DNA of 63,126 nt, the filler included, from Octopus bimaculoides (taxonomy: Eukaryota), in assembly GCF_001194135.2 (NCBI RefSeq). It is 12 parts of 12 records of this genome, joined end to end, with 100 filler letters (N's around TTAATTAATTAA, not from the genome) between each part and the next. Parts side by side here need not be neighbours in the genome. Positions count along the whole stretch, not along the records: positions 1 to 20,877 come from NC_068999.1; positions 20,978 to 23,302 come from NC_068985.1; positions 23,403 to 26,311 come from NC_068987.1; 9 more parts are not named here. One strand, written 5' to 3'. This document shows, one piece after another, positions 11,974 through 24,701 of the stretch; within the stretch, counting starts at the first letter, position 1, and every line of letters begins with the position of its first letter. Below the pieces are notes generated by a model. The model made no database searches and was not told the origin of the DNA. It saw only the letters and a program-made list of their open reading frames with translations. The translations under genes and the position numbers were made by a program.

Positions 11974-12806
11974 AGAATCTCTATCTTCGCATCTTTTCTC
12001 AGACCTTAACAATTTCAATACCGATCTGTTCTGTGACTTTTATTTCCTCCTTATTCACAAACTGCCTTTATTCACCTTTCCTTCACACGTATATATTCTC
12101 TGTTAAAATAATTCGTCTCAGTTCTTACATATTTTCCCACCGTCTCTAACATTTATTATTCTCCACGTTCGAAAAATTTATTCCTATTTCTCTTATAATA
12201 TCTGCCTATCTTTTTCACTATTTTCCTATCTTTATTACTCTCTCTCTCTCTCTTACTTTGGCTTTGACACTTACTCTTACTCTTTCTCTTATCACTCTCT
12301 TTCTCTTCTTTTATTTTTAGTTTTTCATTTCTCATGTGTATAATAAAGGTTTCCTTCTTTATTCTGTAAATTCTTTAGATTACTCCTACCTTCTACTCAT
12401 CCAAAATTCCTCATTTTTCTCTTTTCCGTTCATCCTATCTACATTTCGTCTCCCTCTCTCTTTCTCTCTCCCTCTCTCTACCTACCTACCTACGTACATA
12501 CATATCTACCTCTCTGTCTGTCTGTCTATCTATCTACCTATGTCTGAATGCATGTATGTATATGGTGCCACGCCACATTCTACAACTATGTATAAAATAA
12601 TTTTAAAAGAAAATGAAGAGGTTGAGAGAATGAGACGAGATGAAGATGAGAGAGAGAGAGAGAGAGAGAAGGTGAAAATGGGGAAAGAGAAGGGAAAGAG
12701 AATGAGTATGACTAGGAATGACTCATCACAATGGGTTACCTAAATGTACACTCATCATGCACATAAATATCACCTTTATGTATGTATGTATGTATAAGTG
12801 CATGTA

Positions 12807-12847
<41 letters not shown>

Positions 12848-13495
12848 GTAACATATTTTATACATGCATACATACATATATACTTACCCACCTTGGATGA
12901 TTCACCAGAAAAGTAATATTTATACGAGTTACATACAAACATGTATATACATGTACAAATACATAATTACATACACGCACACACAAATATACATGTAAAT
13001 GTATATGTAAGTAAATATATTAATATATGTTGTTGTACTTGGCGATGGTCATATTGCCAGTTCAGCCATCCCAAGTACAACAACATCTGTTTCAACACAC
13101 GATTTCACATCAAAAATCTTGCAAAACAAATATATATATTAATATATTTATATATATATATACATACACACACACACACTTATGTATAGAAAGAGAGTGA
13201 GTGAGAGAGACAGAGAGAGAAAGAGATGTGGAGAGAGAAAAAGATAAGCTAACTTTCACCAGAAGACGAAACCAGATGGTCAACTAGGAAATGCCAACAT
13301 GAACGTTTTACCATGCTAAAGATAGCACCCAAACATCATCGACACAACCACCCACTCAATGTGCATGTCTTTTTATGTCTATCTGTCTGCCTGTAAGTAT
13401 GTATGTGTGGGTATATTTATGTGTATATACATATTTGTATATTTATACGTGCGAGTGTATGTATACATAGCCGTAAGCATACACACACACACACA

Positions 13496-14069
13496 GGTTA
13501 AACTCCTGTGTTTGACCCGAGCAAAAAGAAAATAGGGTTGATGTTTACCCAAGGTGCCATGTAGTGGGACTGAACCTGGAACCGTGTGGTTGGGAAGAAT
13601 ATCCATTTTCTCTAGGGAAAAAATTGGATCGTGTGAATTGTCCTGGTCCTCCTCCCCCCTCTTCGCCAGCGCACATTTATTTTTTTCATATTCGTTTACT
13701 ACTTGTTGTTTTACACCTATTACACTTTTTTGTTATTTTTGTGACCGGGTATCGAAGTTGAGTGACTGGATGCGTGAATTATCCGAGTCTGTACACGACC
13801 CAACCTACATGACAAACATTGAAAAAAAAAATAGTGTATTGGGTGTAAAATAATGTGTAGTAAACGAATATGAAGAAAAAAATTTCACCGACGAATGGGG
13901 AAGTAGTGAGAGGACTCGGAACATTCCCGATGTGAATTTTCCGTGTCCTCTCTCCCGCCCCCCTTTAGCCAGCTCGCATTTTTTCATATTCGTTTACTGC
14001 ATGTTGTTTTACACGTATGACACTATCTTTTTTTTTTTTTTGCTCGGGTCAAGCACTGGAGTTTGACCC
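13496..14069. mobile_element. Unclassified MITE with about 32-bp TIRs and internal direct and inverted subrepeats, inserted in (CA)n; carries a SINE1 head fragment (about 13545-13605, -)
   Basis: GGTTAAACTCCTGTGTTTGACCCGAGCAAAAA (13496-13527) versus the reverse complement of 14036-14069, about 28/32 identical. Confidence 0.7.
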
Positions 14070-14075
14070 ACACAC

Positions 14076-14236
14076 AGAGGCGTGGCTGTGTGGTAAGAAG
14101 CTTGCTTCTCAACCACATGGTTCCGGGTTCAGTCCCATTGTGTGGCACCTTGGGCAAGTGTCTTCTACTACAGCCTCGGGCCTACCAAAGCCTTTTGAGT
14201 ACATTTGGTAGACGGAAACTGGAAGAAGCCCGTCGT
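14076..14236 (+). mobile_element. SINE family 1, 5' half (tail remnant at about 14630-14670 after the gap)
   Basis: A/B boxes and body match 311-505. Confidence 0.85.
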
Positions 14237-15169
14237 NNNNNNNNNNNNNNNNNNNNNNNNNNNNNNNNNNNNNNNNNNNNNNNNNNNNNNNNNNNNNNNN
14301 NNNNNNNNNNNNNNNNNNNNNNNNNNNNNNNNNNNNNNNNNNNNNNNNNNNNNNNNNNNNNNNNNNNNNNNNNNNNNNNNNNNNNNNNNNNNNNNNNNNN
14401 NNNNNNNNNNNNNNNNNNNNNNNNNNNNNNNNNNNNNNNNNNNNNNNNNNNNNNNNNNNNNNNNNNNNNNNNNNNNNNNNNNNNNNNNNNNNNNNNNNNN
14501 NNNNNNNNNNNNNNNGAGAATAACCAGCTGAAATTGCAAAGATAATCTGGATCTCGACTGAAGAGAGAATACTCTGAATTACCTTAGGTTTCATGTAAGG
14601 TAATCCCATAAACCGGCCTTTACATATATAGTATGGCCGCAGTCAAATGACAAACAAATGAAAGAATATTTGATCGATCCAATTTCAATAACAACACCAC
14701 ATTTGATGCTTTATAGTAATCTAGCCGGAGCTCTCTGACCCACTAGCTTGTTTTTATTCATTAATTTCATTCTGTAGAAAACACTTTTGGCCTAAAGAAC
14801 ACCTTCGTTTAACAAGGTAAATGCATTCACTTTCATGAGACCATAGCAACGATAAAGCTAGTTTATATCTACAAAATGGAAAACTCTGCGTATTTATTTA
14901 CATCAAAGAATAACTTGAAAATCTCGAGAAGTTTCATGCCATTAGCCCTCATTTATAATCAAATCACATGCAAGTATCATAAACATTCAATACATTTCAA
15001 ATTTCACACAATAATTAATCTGGGTTTTTTTTTAACTAATGATTGTTTAAACTGGACTGGGGTCTTGAAATTTGTATGGGGCAAATGTGGGACCGAATCC
15101 AATGTTATAAGTCTTTGAGCTTAGGAGGTCATTCGGCTTGGGAGTACAAAATGAAAGTGAGAATATTGA

Positions 15170-15590
15170 CACTTTAATGAGGTGATATTTGTTCCGACTC
15201 ACTCTGTTCTGAGTTCAAATCCCACCGGAGTCAACATTGCCGTTCATTTTTTTTCATTATCATCATCAACCACTGGACGTTGCTGTCTCATGTCCTGCGG
15301 CTCATAGGGTCGGTTAATCAATTTTCATGACATATAAACGTCTGGTATTGCAATATTATCCCTGAACAGTATGCCAGTGTGTTGCAGGGTTACTCATTTA
15401 TAGCAGAAGCAACGTGAATGAAGTGTTTTGCTCAAGAACACAATGCACCGTCTGGTTTGGGAATCGAAACCACGATGTAGTAATCCCAGGCGAAAGATTG
15501 ACGGAAGTGTAAGGACGTTGGACTCTACACCTTGCGATATTTGTCACTGCTTTTTGCGTTTTGAGTTCAAATCCCGCCATAGCCTACTTG
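15170..15590. mobile_element. Cluster of diverged SINE fragments (family 2 on + and -, a family-4-like head on -)
   Basis: GTTCTGAGTTCAAATCCC at about 15205 and 15560; GGGAATCGAAACCACGAT at about 15460. Confidence 0.55.
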
Positions 15591-16289
15591 GCTAATAAAT
15601 TTCTCACCTGCAACTTGAACCACAGATTCCTTCAGTAGATTTCCCTTTTGTAGCAAGTATTCGGACTAGGTTTTTGGTTTGAAGATACCTTTCCTCCCTC
15701 AGTCCATCCTACCAGTCTCGAAGCCCTTGTAAAGGTTCATGGGTACTACTTGTCCATGCAGACGTGTCGCATAGCCACTCCTCTTTTTTCTTTTCTTTTT
15801 GTTTTCCAAAATTTTCTTCAGGTTCTTATGTTTTTCAACAACGGAAATTACGATTTTTTACCAAAAAACAATTTAAAAAAACAAAAACAAAAAAAAACAA
15901 AAAAACAAAAAAAAAGCTTCTCGAATTTTAATCACCCTTTACTCTCAATATTCAGTTTTTAACTTCATTTCGAAAAAAATCTTCGGAAGGGGTCGGGGTA
16001 TTCCCTGTTTTAAAAATACGGAGATTATGATCTTAATTTTCATTCCTTTTTCAAAATTTCAATGTCGATTGCTTACGATAATTTTCCAATTTTCAGTTTG
16101 TGATCAGAAGCCAAAAGAGTATTTCTAAACGTGTAATGTAAACAATTTTTTAGATGTTCATACCAATACTTTAGACAGTGCATATAATAACATTCAGAAA
16201 TTGCGATTTAGTTAGAAAAAGTAAAAAAAAAAAGTAATTAAAAATTCTAAATTCTGCAGCAGGAGGCCGTCAATGGCGGTGGATGTGAC

Positions 16290-16600
16290 GTCACTGGCCA
16301 AATCCTACTTCAATCTGCATTTGTCGATAACTTGCCTGCATATCTATCCAACCGCTCTTTGAACTTATCTCTTTCCTGCAGAGACAAATACCGTCTTTAC
16401 ACTTACGTCCATCCTTCGCCTAGGATCGGTACATTTTTATTGCCGCAGAATGTGAAAGCGCATAGATCTTAAAACTTCCTCAGAGGGAGTTTTGGGATAA
16501 TATCAGTTGATCGAAATTTTATTTCAATTCACTCACTGTATTGCGTATGTAGGTCTCTTAACCTGTTTGCGATTTGTATCTAGAGGGCTTTTTCTCGTAT
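16290..16600 (-). mobile_element. Possible CR1-type LINE 3' remnant
   Basis: Minus strand reads DKFKERLDRY, resembling the CR1/L2 C-terminal FKxRLD motif. Confidence 0.35.
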
Positions 16601-16680
16601 ATTTGTCTCGGCCACACTGTGAGCCTACTTGTAAGGACCAATTTGTTCCCAGCTACTACTACTACTACTACTACTACTAC

Positions 16681-16713
<33 letters not shown>

Positions 16714-16720
16714 TAATAAT

Positions 16721-17832
16721 AAATTCTTTTATTAGCCAGAAGGGCTCACATAAAACAACATTAAATGACATGCAACAAACAACATAAAAGACAAAAATGG
16801 GACGATACAATGGGTTTTACGGCGTGTAAACAAGAAAAACAATAAAAAATTAAACAAATTAAAACTCCCAGTAGGGAAGGCGCTTTAAGATCCTTGTGGA
16901 AATACCCACAAAAAGCCACGGGTGCAACAGAGCAAGAGCCCTTCTCCTTTTATTTCTCACAGGTGTATGCTCAGAATTGGTCCTTTCACACTGGCCATTC
17001 TTCCAACATTCACCCACAACAAACTTGCTAGAAGGCAACACTTCCCTCCCCACCCTCAACTTCCTTTTCAAGTAAAACTTGGAAAAGTTGATGAGGACTT
17101 GGCCAAAGAGGAACTTGACCAGACCGTCTGTCCAGCGTCCCACTACGCTGTTGGACGGCATGAACTTGCCTCTCCAGGTGCCGAGTTGCAAGCCCACTGA
17201 CTTTTCCGCATTAATTTTTTGCTTCTGTCACCACTTCATATTCTTGTAGTGTGTTGCCAATTAGGTCTATATGCCTGTGGCTTGACACTGTGACGGTGAC
17301 ATCTTCAGCGTACGCAGACACCACTTCTCCCACATCCTAGATCACATGGAACACCCCTCAAAGCATGCAACTTCCGGAGTAATGGCTCAAGAGTCAGTAC
17401 ATTCAGAAGGAAGGTGAGAAGGCATCATTGATGTTCTGAACGCAAAATGCTGAATAACTCCAACAGGTGACCATTCACCCGAACAACCGAGTAGATGCCG
17501 CTGTACAAAGCAGCGATCCAACCGCGGAAAACTGGACCGAAACCAGTTGCCTTGAGGACAGCTGCTAAGTATTGATGGTCGACCTTATCAAAGGCTTTAG
17601 ATTGATCTAGATTGATCAGAGCCCCACCCATGCCAGCCTCATTACCCACCCTCTGTATGATGTAGCGCATAAGATGGAGGTTGTTGTGAAAAGTCCAGGT
17701 TGGGATGGCGCATGTTTGTGCCTTGCCAACCAGCTTGTTTTGTACTGAAAATCGAGATCGAGCGAGCTTTTGCCCTTTTGCTCAACGTGTGGTTTCCGTC
17801 CACGCTGAGCTCGCCTTGGGACACCTGCGTTA
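16721..17832 (-). mobile_element. Tx1 LINE copy 2 (RT core to 3' end, internally deleted)
   Basis: GGALINLDQSKAFDKVDHQYL..FGPVFRGWIAALY; C-terminal KRKLRVGREVL; AATAAA then (ATT)n tail running into the 16652-16720 triplet tract. Confidence 0.88.
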
Positions 17833-17975
17833 CCGTTTGACGAGCGGTTCTTTCAGCTATAGCACTCTCTCCATACACAGCACACATCGCGAGCAGCTTT
17901 TGCGGCCTTAGAACCTTGATTAAAAGCAAAAAGGTGTCGAAAATGCTCGTTTTTCTTAACTTGACATTCCATTTT
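17833..17975 (-). mobile_element. mariner transposase N-terminal fragment
   Basis: With a frameshift reads MECQVKKNEHFRH..FNQGSKAAKAARDVCAVYGESAIAERTARQ (Mos1-like HTH start). Confidence 0.75.
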
Positions 17976-18251
17976 AATGATTTTAATAAACAAAAATTAA
18001 CTCGAAAAAAAAAGAAAAAAAAAAATTCCAAAATGATTCAAAAATAGAATTCTCTAAAAATACAGATTCCAAAATTTAAAAACGCAATAAATTCCAAAAT
18101 TTAAAAAAAACGGCGGTAACTTAGTTGCCAATCCAATAAGATGTGGCTGTTTTTTCTATCAGGCCAAACATGCAGAAGATTCCTCGAATTTATTGACTAT
18201 CACTGTCAATTTTCTAGCTTTCTCACTAAGGAACCCCCAGATGATTATACA

Positions 18252-18292
<41 letters not shown>

Positions 18293-18340
18293 ACGTGTGT
18301 GTGCCTGTGCGTGCGCGCATTAATAAAATAACCAAGTGAC

Positions 18341-18429
18341 AGAGTGACTCAAGGAGCGAGAGTTTCGTATATTGCATTTGTAGCTTGATGAGTACGAATA
18401 CACGAAACTCCCGGCCCTTGAGTCACTTT
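18341..18429. repeat. 89-nt hairpin; its 3' arm recurs at 5285-5304
   Basis: AGTGACTCAAGG/CCTTGAGTCACT (12 bp) and GAGTTTCGT/ACGAAACTC (9 bp) stems. Confidence 0.75.
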
Positions 18430-18442
18430 GTAAATTCTGCCG

Positions 18443-18483
<41 letters not shown>

Positions 18484-18737
18484 GTTTTTTGTTTTTTTTC
18501 CAGTATGCATCGTGCCCCCACCTCACCTCCCAAAAAACCCCACACACTCACACTCACACAATATTGTTAATGTACTTGCTGTTTCCTTCTGATATGAATA
18601 CTGACAACACTACAATATAGATTGATTTCCGTTAGTTATTCCACGAAAAACTGTATTAATTGTTTAGCATTTAGATATCAGTGGTAATGAAGAGAGGTCA
18701 AGTACATCTTAGTATACTCGAAGAAATATACTTTATT

Positions 18738-18772
<35 letters not shown>

Positions 18773-19944
18773 TAGTGGCCATCCAATCCTTGTTCTGTAC
18801 ACGAAAAACTGGTCTTATCGTCTTCGAGGAATGGGGAGAAAAGGGGATCTGTGACGTAATTTTACCAAGAGTATTAATTAACTTCTAAGTGAACCGGGAG
18901 GAATTGAAACTGAGTTGCCGATTCAGTAGCTAGGATGGTTTACAACCTACGTTGCAACGCTTGCTTCTATAATCTCGAGTTAGTAATATCTGTTGTGAAA
19001 TGTTATTTTTAGTCTCTTTCCTTCTCAAATGCTAAGTGAGTATCAGTAATCGATAACCAAAGCAATTCGCAATCTGATGTTGACCTTCCTGGTTAAAATA
19101 GATTAGATTCCTTTACTCATTCATTATTAAGTACCATAGAAAAACGGTCCCCAACACCACACATACTAATTCCCTTTATTCCTTATAAATTTAATGTCTT
19201 GTATCAGAAATCGATATTGACAAACACAAGAGGTAGTATAAAGCTCGTTTATGAGCGGAGTCTAAACTGGTTTTCATTCTCAACTGTCAATTCACTTATG
19301 TTGCCAACACCCTTCGGTAACGGAAATATAAGTGGCTACATAAAAACTCTGTATGGCTAATCTACATGCGTGTAGTCAAAAGAATACAGGGGTTTATGTC
19401 TAATTTTAAAATAATAAACCTGTAATTATTGAGGGGGAAGTTCCCTGGAGTAAAAGTAAGAATTAACCGAATCGCTTATTCGTTTTCACTCCTGGATAAA
19501 ACCAGCCTTTTCATTTGTATTAATATTATTAACCCTACTGGATTCTCACATTTTTATCCTCTTTTGTGTGCCCTCTATATCTAAACATACATTTTATTGT
19601 TGCTTATCCGTAACCGAGTAGCCCCATAACTAAATCAAAAGCCGAGACCCCCTCGTGTCCTTTTAGACAGTTTTATCTCCGACAACATTATCCAATGTTT
19701 TTAACTTTTTAATGGAACTAGAGTAATATTGCTGCTGTTTCTGGTGGGTACGACGACTACATAAAGGCTCTCACTGCTTTGTTCATTTAATTCAATTTAA
19801 ATTCAATTTAATTTAATTACATATTTCGAGAAAGGCACAAACCGTCGCACTATTTCGTTTCCTAGTCCCCCTTCCTTCCACCTTATATAAAAATCTATGG
19901 ACTCGCATCTCATGTAAGAAATAAATTAGAACGAAATTAAAACG

Positions 19945-19976
<32 letters not shown>

Positions 19977-21173
19977 AAGCAAATGAAACGAATTTAAAAG
20001 AAAAATCAACACAGTATAACTCCTCCACTCACACACCCAGCAGTTAAACGAAATGAAATCCTTTTCCCTTCCTTCTACCACATTTACTCACCCACTCACA
20101 GAAGCCCTCCTGCCTGTCTAAATTGCGTGAGGTCAATTAATAATATTATGGCTTCATATCAGGCGATTAAAGATCTGTTTCCTATATAAATTACATTATT
20201 TTACACTAATCACCATCATTATCAATTTTATTTTTGTAATATTTTTTTAAAATTTTATTTTGTTATTATATATCTGGTTAATTCACTAATAAAGAGCACT
20301 GAACACATCATGCAACCTCTTTTTCTATATCACGAGGAGACATATGTACTTCCCATGCTATTGTCGTTGACGGCTGTTAGCCTTTGCTCAGAATGTTATG
20401 TATTTCCGTTGCTGCTCTTATCTTCATTGCCTGCACTACATAATTTTCTACAGTTAGACTCACTCAACACTATGTCTTTTTAAAGCTGAAAACTAAATAG
20501 ATGAATGCTATACCTTCCACTTTTATATCCGGGTATTTAAATTACCTGCCACGAACGTGTATATATGATCAGGTATAGTTGAATTGATCGACAACCTGTT
20601 GTTTGGACTATTGATTAGTGGTAAAAAAAAAAAAAAATTAAACCAAAATTTGCAATTCACAAATTAGTAATAACATACAAAATAATATGTTTATACAGTA
20701 CATGTATATATTACATATAAATATATATTTATATATAAATTACATGTATATATATATATATATGTGTGTGTGTCTATTTAAACTTGTATATATTATGTCT
20801 TTAATACACACATGCATATAAGTACACCAGCATGGCCGTGGTCCAGTGACTGAAACTAACAGAGTTAAGAATATTATNNNNNNNNNNNNNNNNNNNNNNN
20901 NNNNNNNNNNNNNNNNNNNNNTTAATTAATTAANNNNNNNNNNNNNNNNNNNNNNNNNNNNNNNNNNNNNNNNNNNNGCGCCCGCGTAGGGGTTAGCTGT
21001 GAAGATTGCGTCAATATCCCATAGAGTGGTTTAGAAGTAGAGAGTGCCTGCGATTTATCAGAAGGAACTATGGCAATATATTCTTAAAGAAGAGCCAAAA
21101 TAGCTACTAAATTGGACGAAATTGATTAGCAGGTCAAATAAGCAGTTCCTGCTGTTTTAAAGTAAGTTAACAC

Positions 21174-21176
<3 letters not shown>

Positions 21177-21262
<86 letters not shown>

Positions 21263-21289
21263 ATAGTAGTAGTAGTAGTAGTAGTAGTA
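21177..21289. repeat. (TAG)n microsatellite with GTG and TAA variants
   Basis: Direct reading. Confidence 0.95.
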
Positions 21290-21687
21290 AGAATCGGTTG
21301 ACTGATGAGATGGAGTAGTAGTAACGTGTCTGGGAGAAAGTGATATAAGGGGAGAGGGGAAAAGGAACGGGAGAGGGAGGAGGAGAAGAAGGAAGAGGAG
21401 GCTAACTGAATTAGTAGCAGTCTATTGAACTGGGTGGTCATCTGGACGACGATTACGTATGTGTGTCTATGTTTGTATATCTGTGTAAAGATATATGTTT
21501 GTGTCTCTATGCATGTATATGCATATATATATATATATATATANNNNNNNNNNGCGTGAATCTATGTATATGTATACATGTTCCTCTTTCTGTTTGCCTG
21601 TGTCTATGTATATAAATATTTGTATGTAAATGTGCGTGTGTGTGTGTGTGTGTGTCAATGTGTACAATAACTATATATTTGTATCAT

Positions 21688-21730
<43 letters not shown>

Positions 21731-21926
21731 TATGTACATATATGTATGTTGGTGTGTATATATATGTGTATGCATGTGTATATATAGATATATATATATA
21801 CTATACATGAGTGAGTGTGTATGTGTTTATGTTTACACAGGCACATACATACACACATACACAAACATACATACATTCATGCATTATGTCGACATAATAT
21901 GACAAAAGCTGACACAAGTACGCTCA

Positions 21927-21973
<47 letters not shown>

Positions 21974-23059
21974 ACATAAACACACACAAATGTACACACG
22001 CACATGCACACAATAGATCATACATAATGATGACACTGTAGGTAGCCATCTGATGGCGATGACACGAATAAATTTTACTGTCCAATTTGGCCGTTGGTAT
22101 GTCGCCGTAGCTTGATGATGATGAGAGAAGCAGCGAAGCTCTGCGACAACGGTGGCGACGCTGAGAGACCATGCCGATGAGAGGAAAGGAGTGGACAGGA
22201 GAAGGGCGAGGCTGGTTGGTTGATGATGGAAAATGGTCAAGTGGTCACTCGGAAGCTGCTGGCTGAAATTCGTAACAATGGACGTAGAGAAAGAAATCAA
22301 GGATGTCATGAAGTGGACAGATTGGGAATTGGAAGTAGTAAATAAAATGATTGTCAGAAAGAAATTTTCGCTCTGCTCACGTTCCACAAATGCGTTCCAA
22401 GAATGCGGACTTCGCTCAGGAAATCTCACAAACTCACAAACACCTCTTTCTATCCCTTGGTTCATTCATTTCATCTTTGTTTATGTCACCCTGCATCTTG
22501 TCCTCCCTTAATTCATTTTTGTTTTTCTTTCTAGTTTAATCTACTTTTATTATTCTATCTGCTTATGTATCAATCTCTATGTCTGTCTGTCAGTCTATCT
22601 AATTATCTGTCCGAATGCATACATACATACATACATACATATATATACACACACATACACACATCTTAACATGCATATGTACGTACATACATAAACACAA
22701 GGTATGTGTATCTATGTACGTTTGGGTATGTGTGCCTATCAATCTATCTGTCTTTGNNNNNNNNNNNNNNNNNNNNNNNNNNNNNNNNNNNNNNNNNNNN
22801 NNNNNNNNNNNNNNNNNNNNNNNNNNNNNNNNNNNNNNNNNNNNNNNNNNNNNNNNNNNNNNNNNNNNNNNNNNNNNNNNNNNNNNNNNNNNNTGTGTGT
22901 GTGTGTGTGTGTGTGCCTATTTCGCTTATATGTCTTTCATTCTGTCCATCCACTAAATGTATCTATCAATTTTTGCCCCTCCTTCTCTTTATATATGTAC
23001 ATATATATGTACATGTGTGTGTGTTTGTGCATGTGTGTGTATGTGTGTGTGTGTGTAAG

Positions 23060-23195
23060 ACCAGGCGTGTCTGTATGGTAAGAAGTTTGCTTATTAACCA
23101 CATGGTTCTGAGTTCAGTCCCACTGCGTAGCACCTTGGACAAGAGTCTTCTACAATTGTCATGGGCCGACCAAAGACTTACGAATGGATTTTGAG
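23060..23195 (+). mobile_element. SINE family 1, 5' part
   Basis: Matches the family-1 head and body. Confidence 0.75.
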
Positions 23196-23266
23196 GCTTA
23201 TTGTATATGTTTGTATGTATGTATGTATGTATGTATGATGTATGTATGTATGTATGTATGTATGTA

Positions 23267-23302
<36 letters not shown>

Positions 23303-23402
23303 NNNNNNNNNNNNNNNNNNNNNNNNNNNNNNNNNNNNNNNNNNNNTTAATTAATTAANNNNNNNNNNNNNNNNNNNNNNNNNNNNNNNNNNNNNNNNNN
23401 NN

Positions 23403-23559
23403 AATATAAAGGATTAAATATATAAAGGCCAATACGTATTTTCTATACCTTGTGGTATTTCATCATGGCCGGTATGACAGACTGTAACACCGGCCATGAT
23501 GAAATACCACAAGGTATAGAAAATACGTATTCGCCTTTATATATTTAATCCTTTATATT
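23403..23559. repeat. Near-perfect palindrome: 71-bp arms, 15-nt loop
   Basis: 23403-23473 equals the reverse complement of 23489-23559 with one mismatch; left arm abuts a gap. Confidence 0.95.
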
Positions 23560-23799
23560 GAACACTCAATATTTCATATATCCAACAAGACATATTCCAT
23601 GTATTCAATAAGACATTCAATACTTCATTTCATTGTACCATCCATTTTTATATTATATATTATATATTCCATATTCTATATCCCACATTAATTTTACAAG
23701 AATATAAATAAAGCATAAAAAACAGACAGAGTTGGAATTCTTTTAAATAAAATAATATATAATATATATGTGTGTGTATGTATGTACACACACACATAC

Positions 23800-24142
23800 G
23801 GCAGCTTTCTTAAAGTTTCCACCTACAAAATTCACTTGTAAAGCTTTGGTCAGTCCGGAGTTATAGCAGAAGACTGTGTGGTCTTGACTTCATTCCCATT
23901 GCGCCACACTTTGGATCTCGCGCAGTGGAACTGAACCCAAGATCACATGGTTGGGAAGCAACGATACAGCTACGCTTTCGCCTATATATTTATGTATTAC
24001 GTTCGAGTTCAAATTCCGCTGAGGTCAACTTTGCCTTTCATCCTTTGGGGAACGATAAAATAAGTAGTAGACAAGCACTAGTGTCGATATAATCGACTAG
24101 CCACCCACTAAAATTTCAGGCCTTGTGCTTTTAGTAGAAACA
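23800..24142. mobile_element. SINE1 (-, about 23800-23985) followed by 5'-truncated SINE2 (+, about 23995-24142) ending in (ATT)n
   Basis: Matches to family copies elsewhere in the window. Confidence 0.75.
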
Positions 24143-24163
24143 ATTATTATTATTATTATTATT

Positions 24164-24701
24164 GAGTGAGAGAGCAGTGCATGCCATCAAAGTGACCCTG
24201 GGGTAAAATATACGAAGTCCAGTATACCCATCATGACTACCCGTCTGATAAGGGTACACCAGGCACATATATCACAACCATATGTGCGCGACATGGTGAT
24301 CTCATATCAAGATAAACAGCGCATGACCTTACAGGTGGGACCCAGTTAGAATTTTCTTCAGGTTGAGTAGCTCATCCCGCTCAGAAGGCTCCTGAATAAG
24401 GGTTGTTTAAGGAAGTTGAACGAAACATCCATGTTTTCAAAGGTGAATTGTCCAAACCCCAAAAAATTCCTCTCAACACATGGCTGTGATGCTCCCCCAC
24501 CACTTCTGCTCGTGATCAGAGATGCACATATCGTCAGCCACTGAGGGACATGCTCAACTGGTTAAGGTCAAACAACTGACAAGCAAATCTGTGGTATTGA
24601 GCAGAATATTTGTCGTAGCCCATCTTTTATACCAAGACAAAACAATGTACATGATAACACTTCCAATCAGTTAAGATCAGAAGCCATGAGAGCCACTGCC
24701 T
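24164..24701 (-). mobile_element. Unclassified, about 540-bp, non-coding interspersed element with (AAT)n tail
   Basis: Sharp compositional island (about 45% GC) bounded by (ATT)7 at 24143-24163 and ATTATCATC at 24702; single copy here, so repeat status is inferred. Confidence 0.45.

Noticed and set aside
14550-14590. CUGAAGA-GAG(AAUA)CUC-UGAA hammerhead-like string
   Set aside because: No GAAA or stem III, and no stem I partner
18384-18412. UGAUGA-GUA(CGAA)UAC-AC-GAAAC inside the hairpin
   Set aside because: C3 missing, extra bases before GAAA, and no NUH or stem I
21000-21167. AAA|GTAAGT donor after a short unique stretch
   Set aside because: Acceptor side lies in a gap and there is no coding signal; a single motif is insufficient
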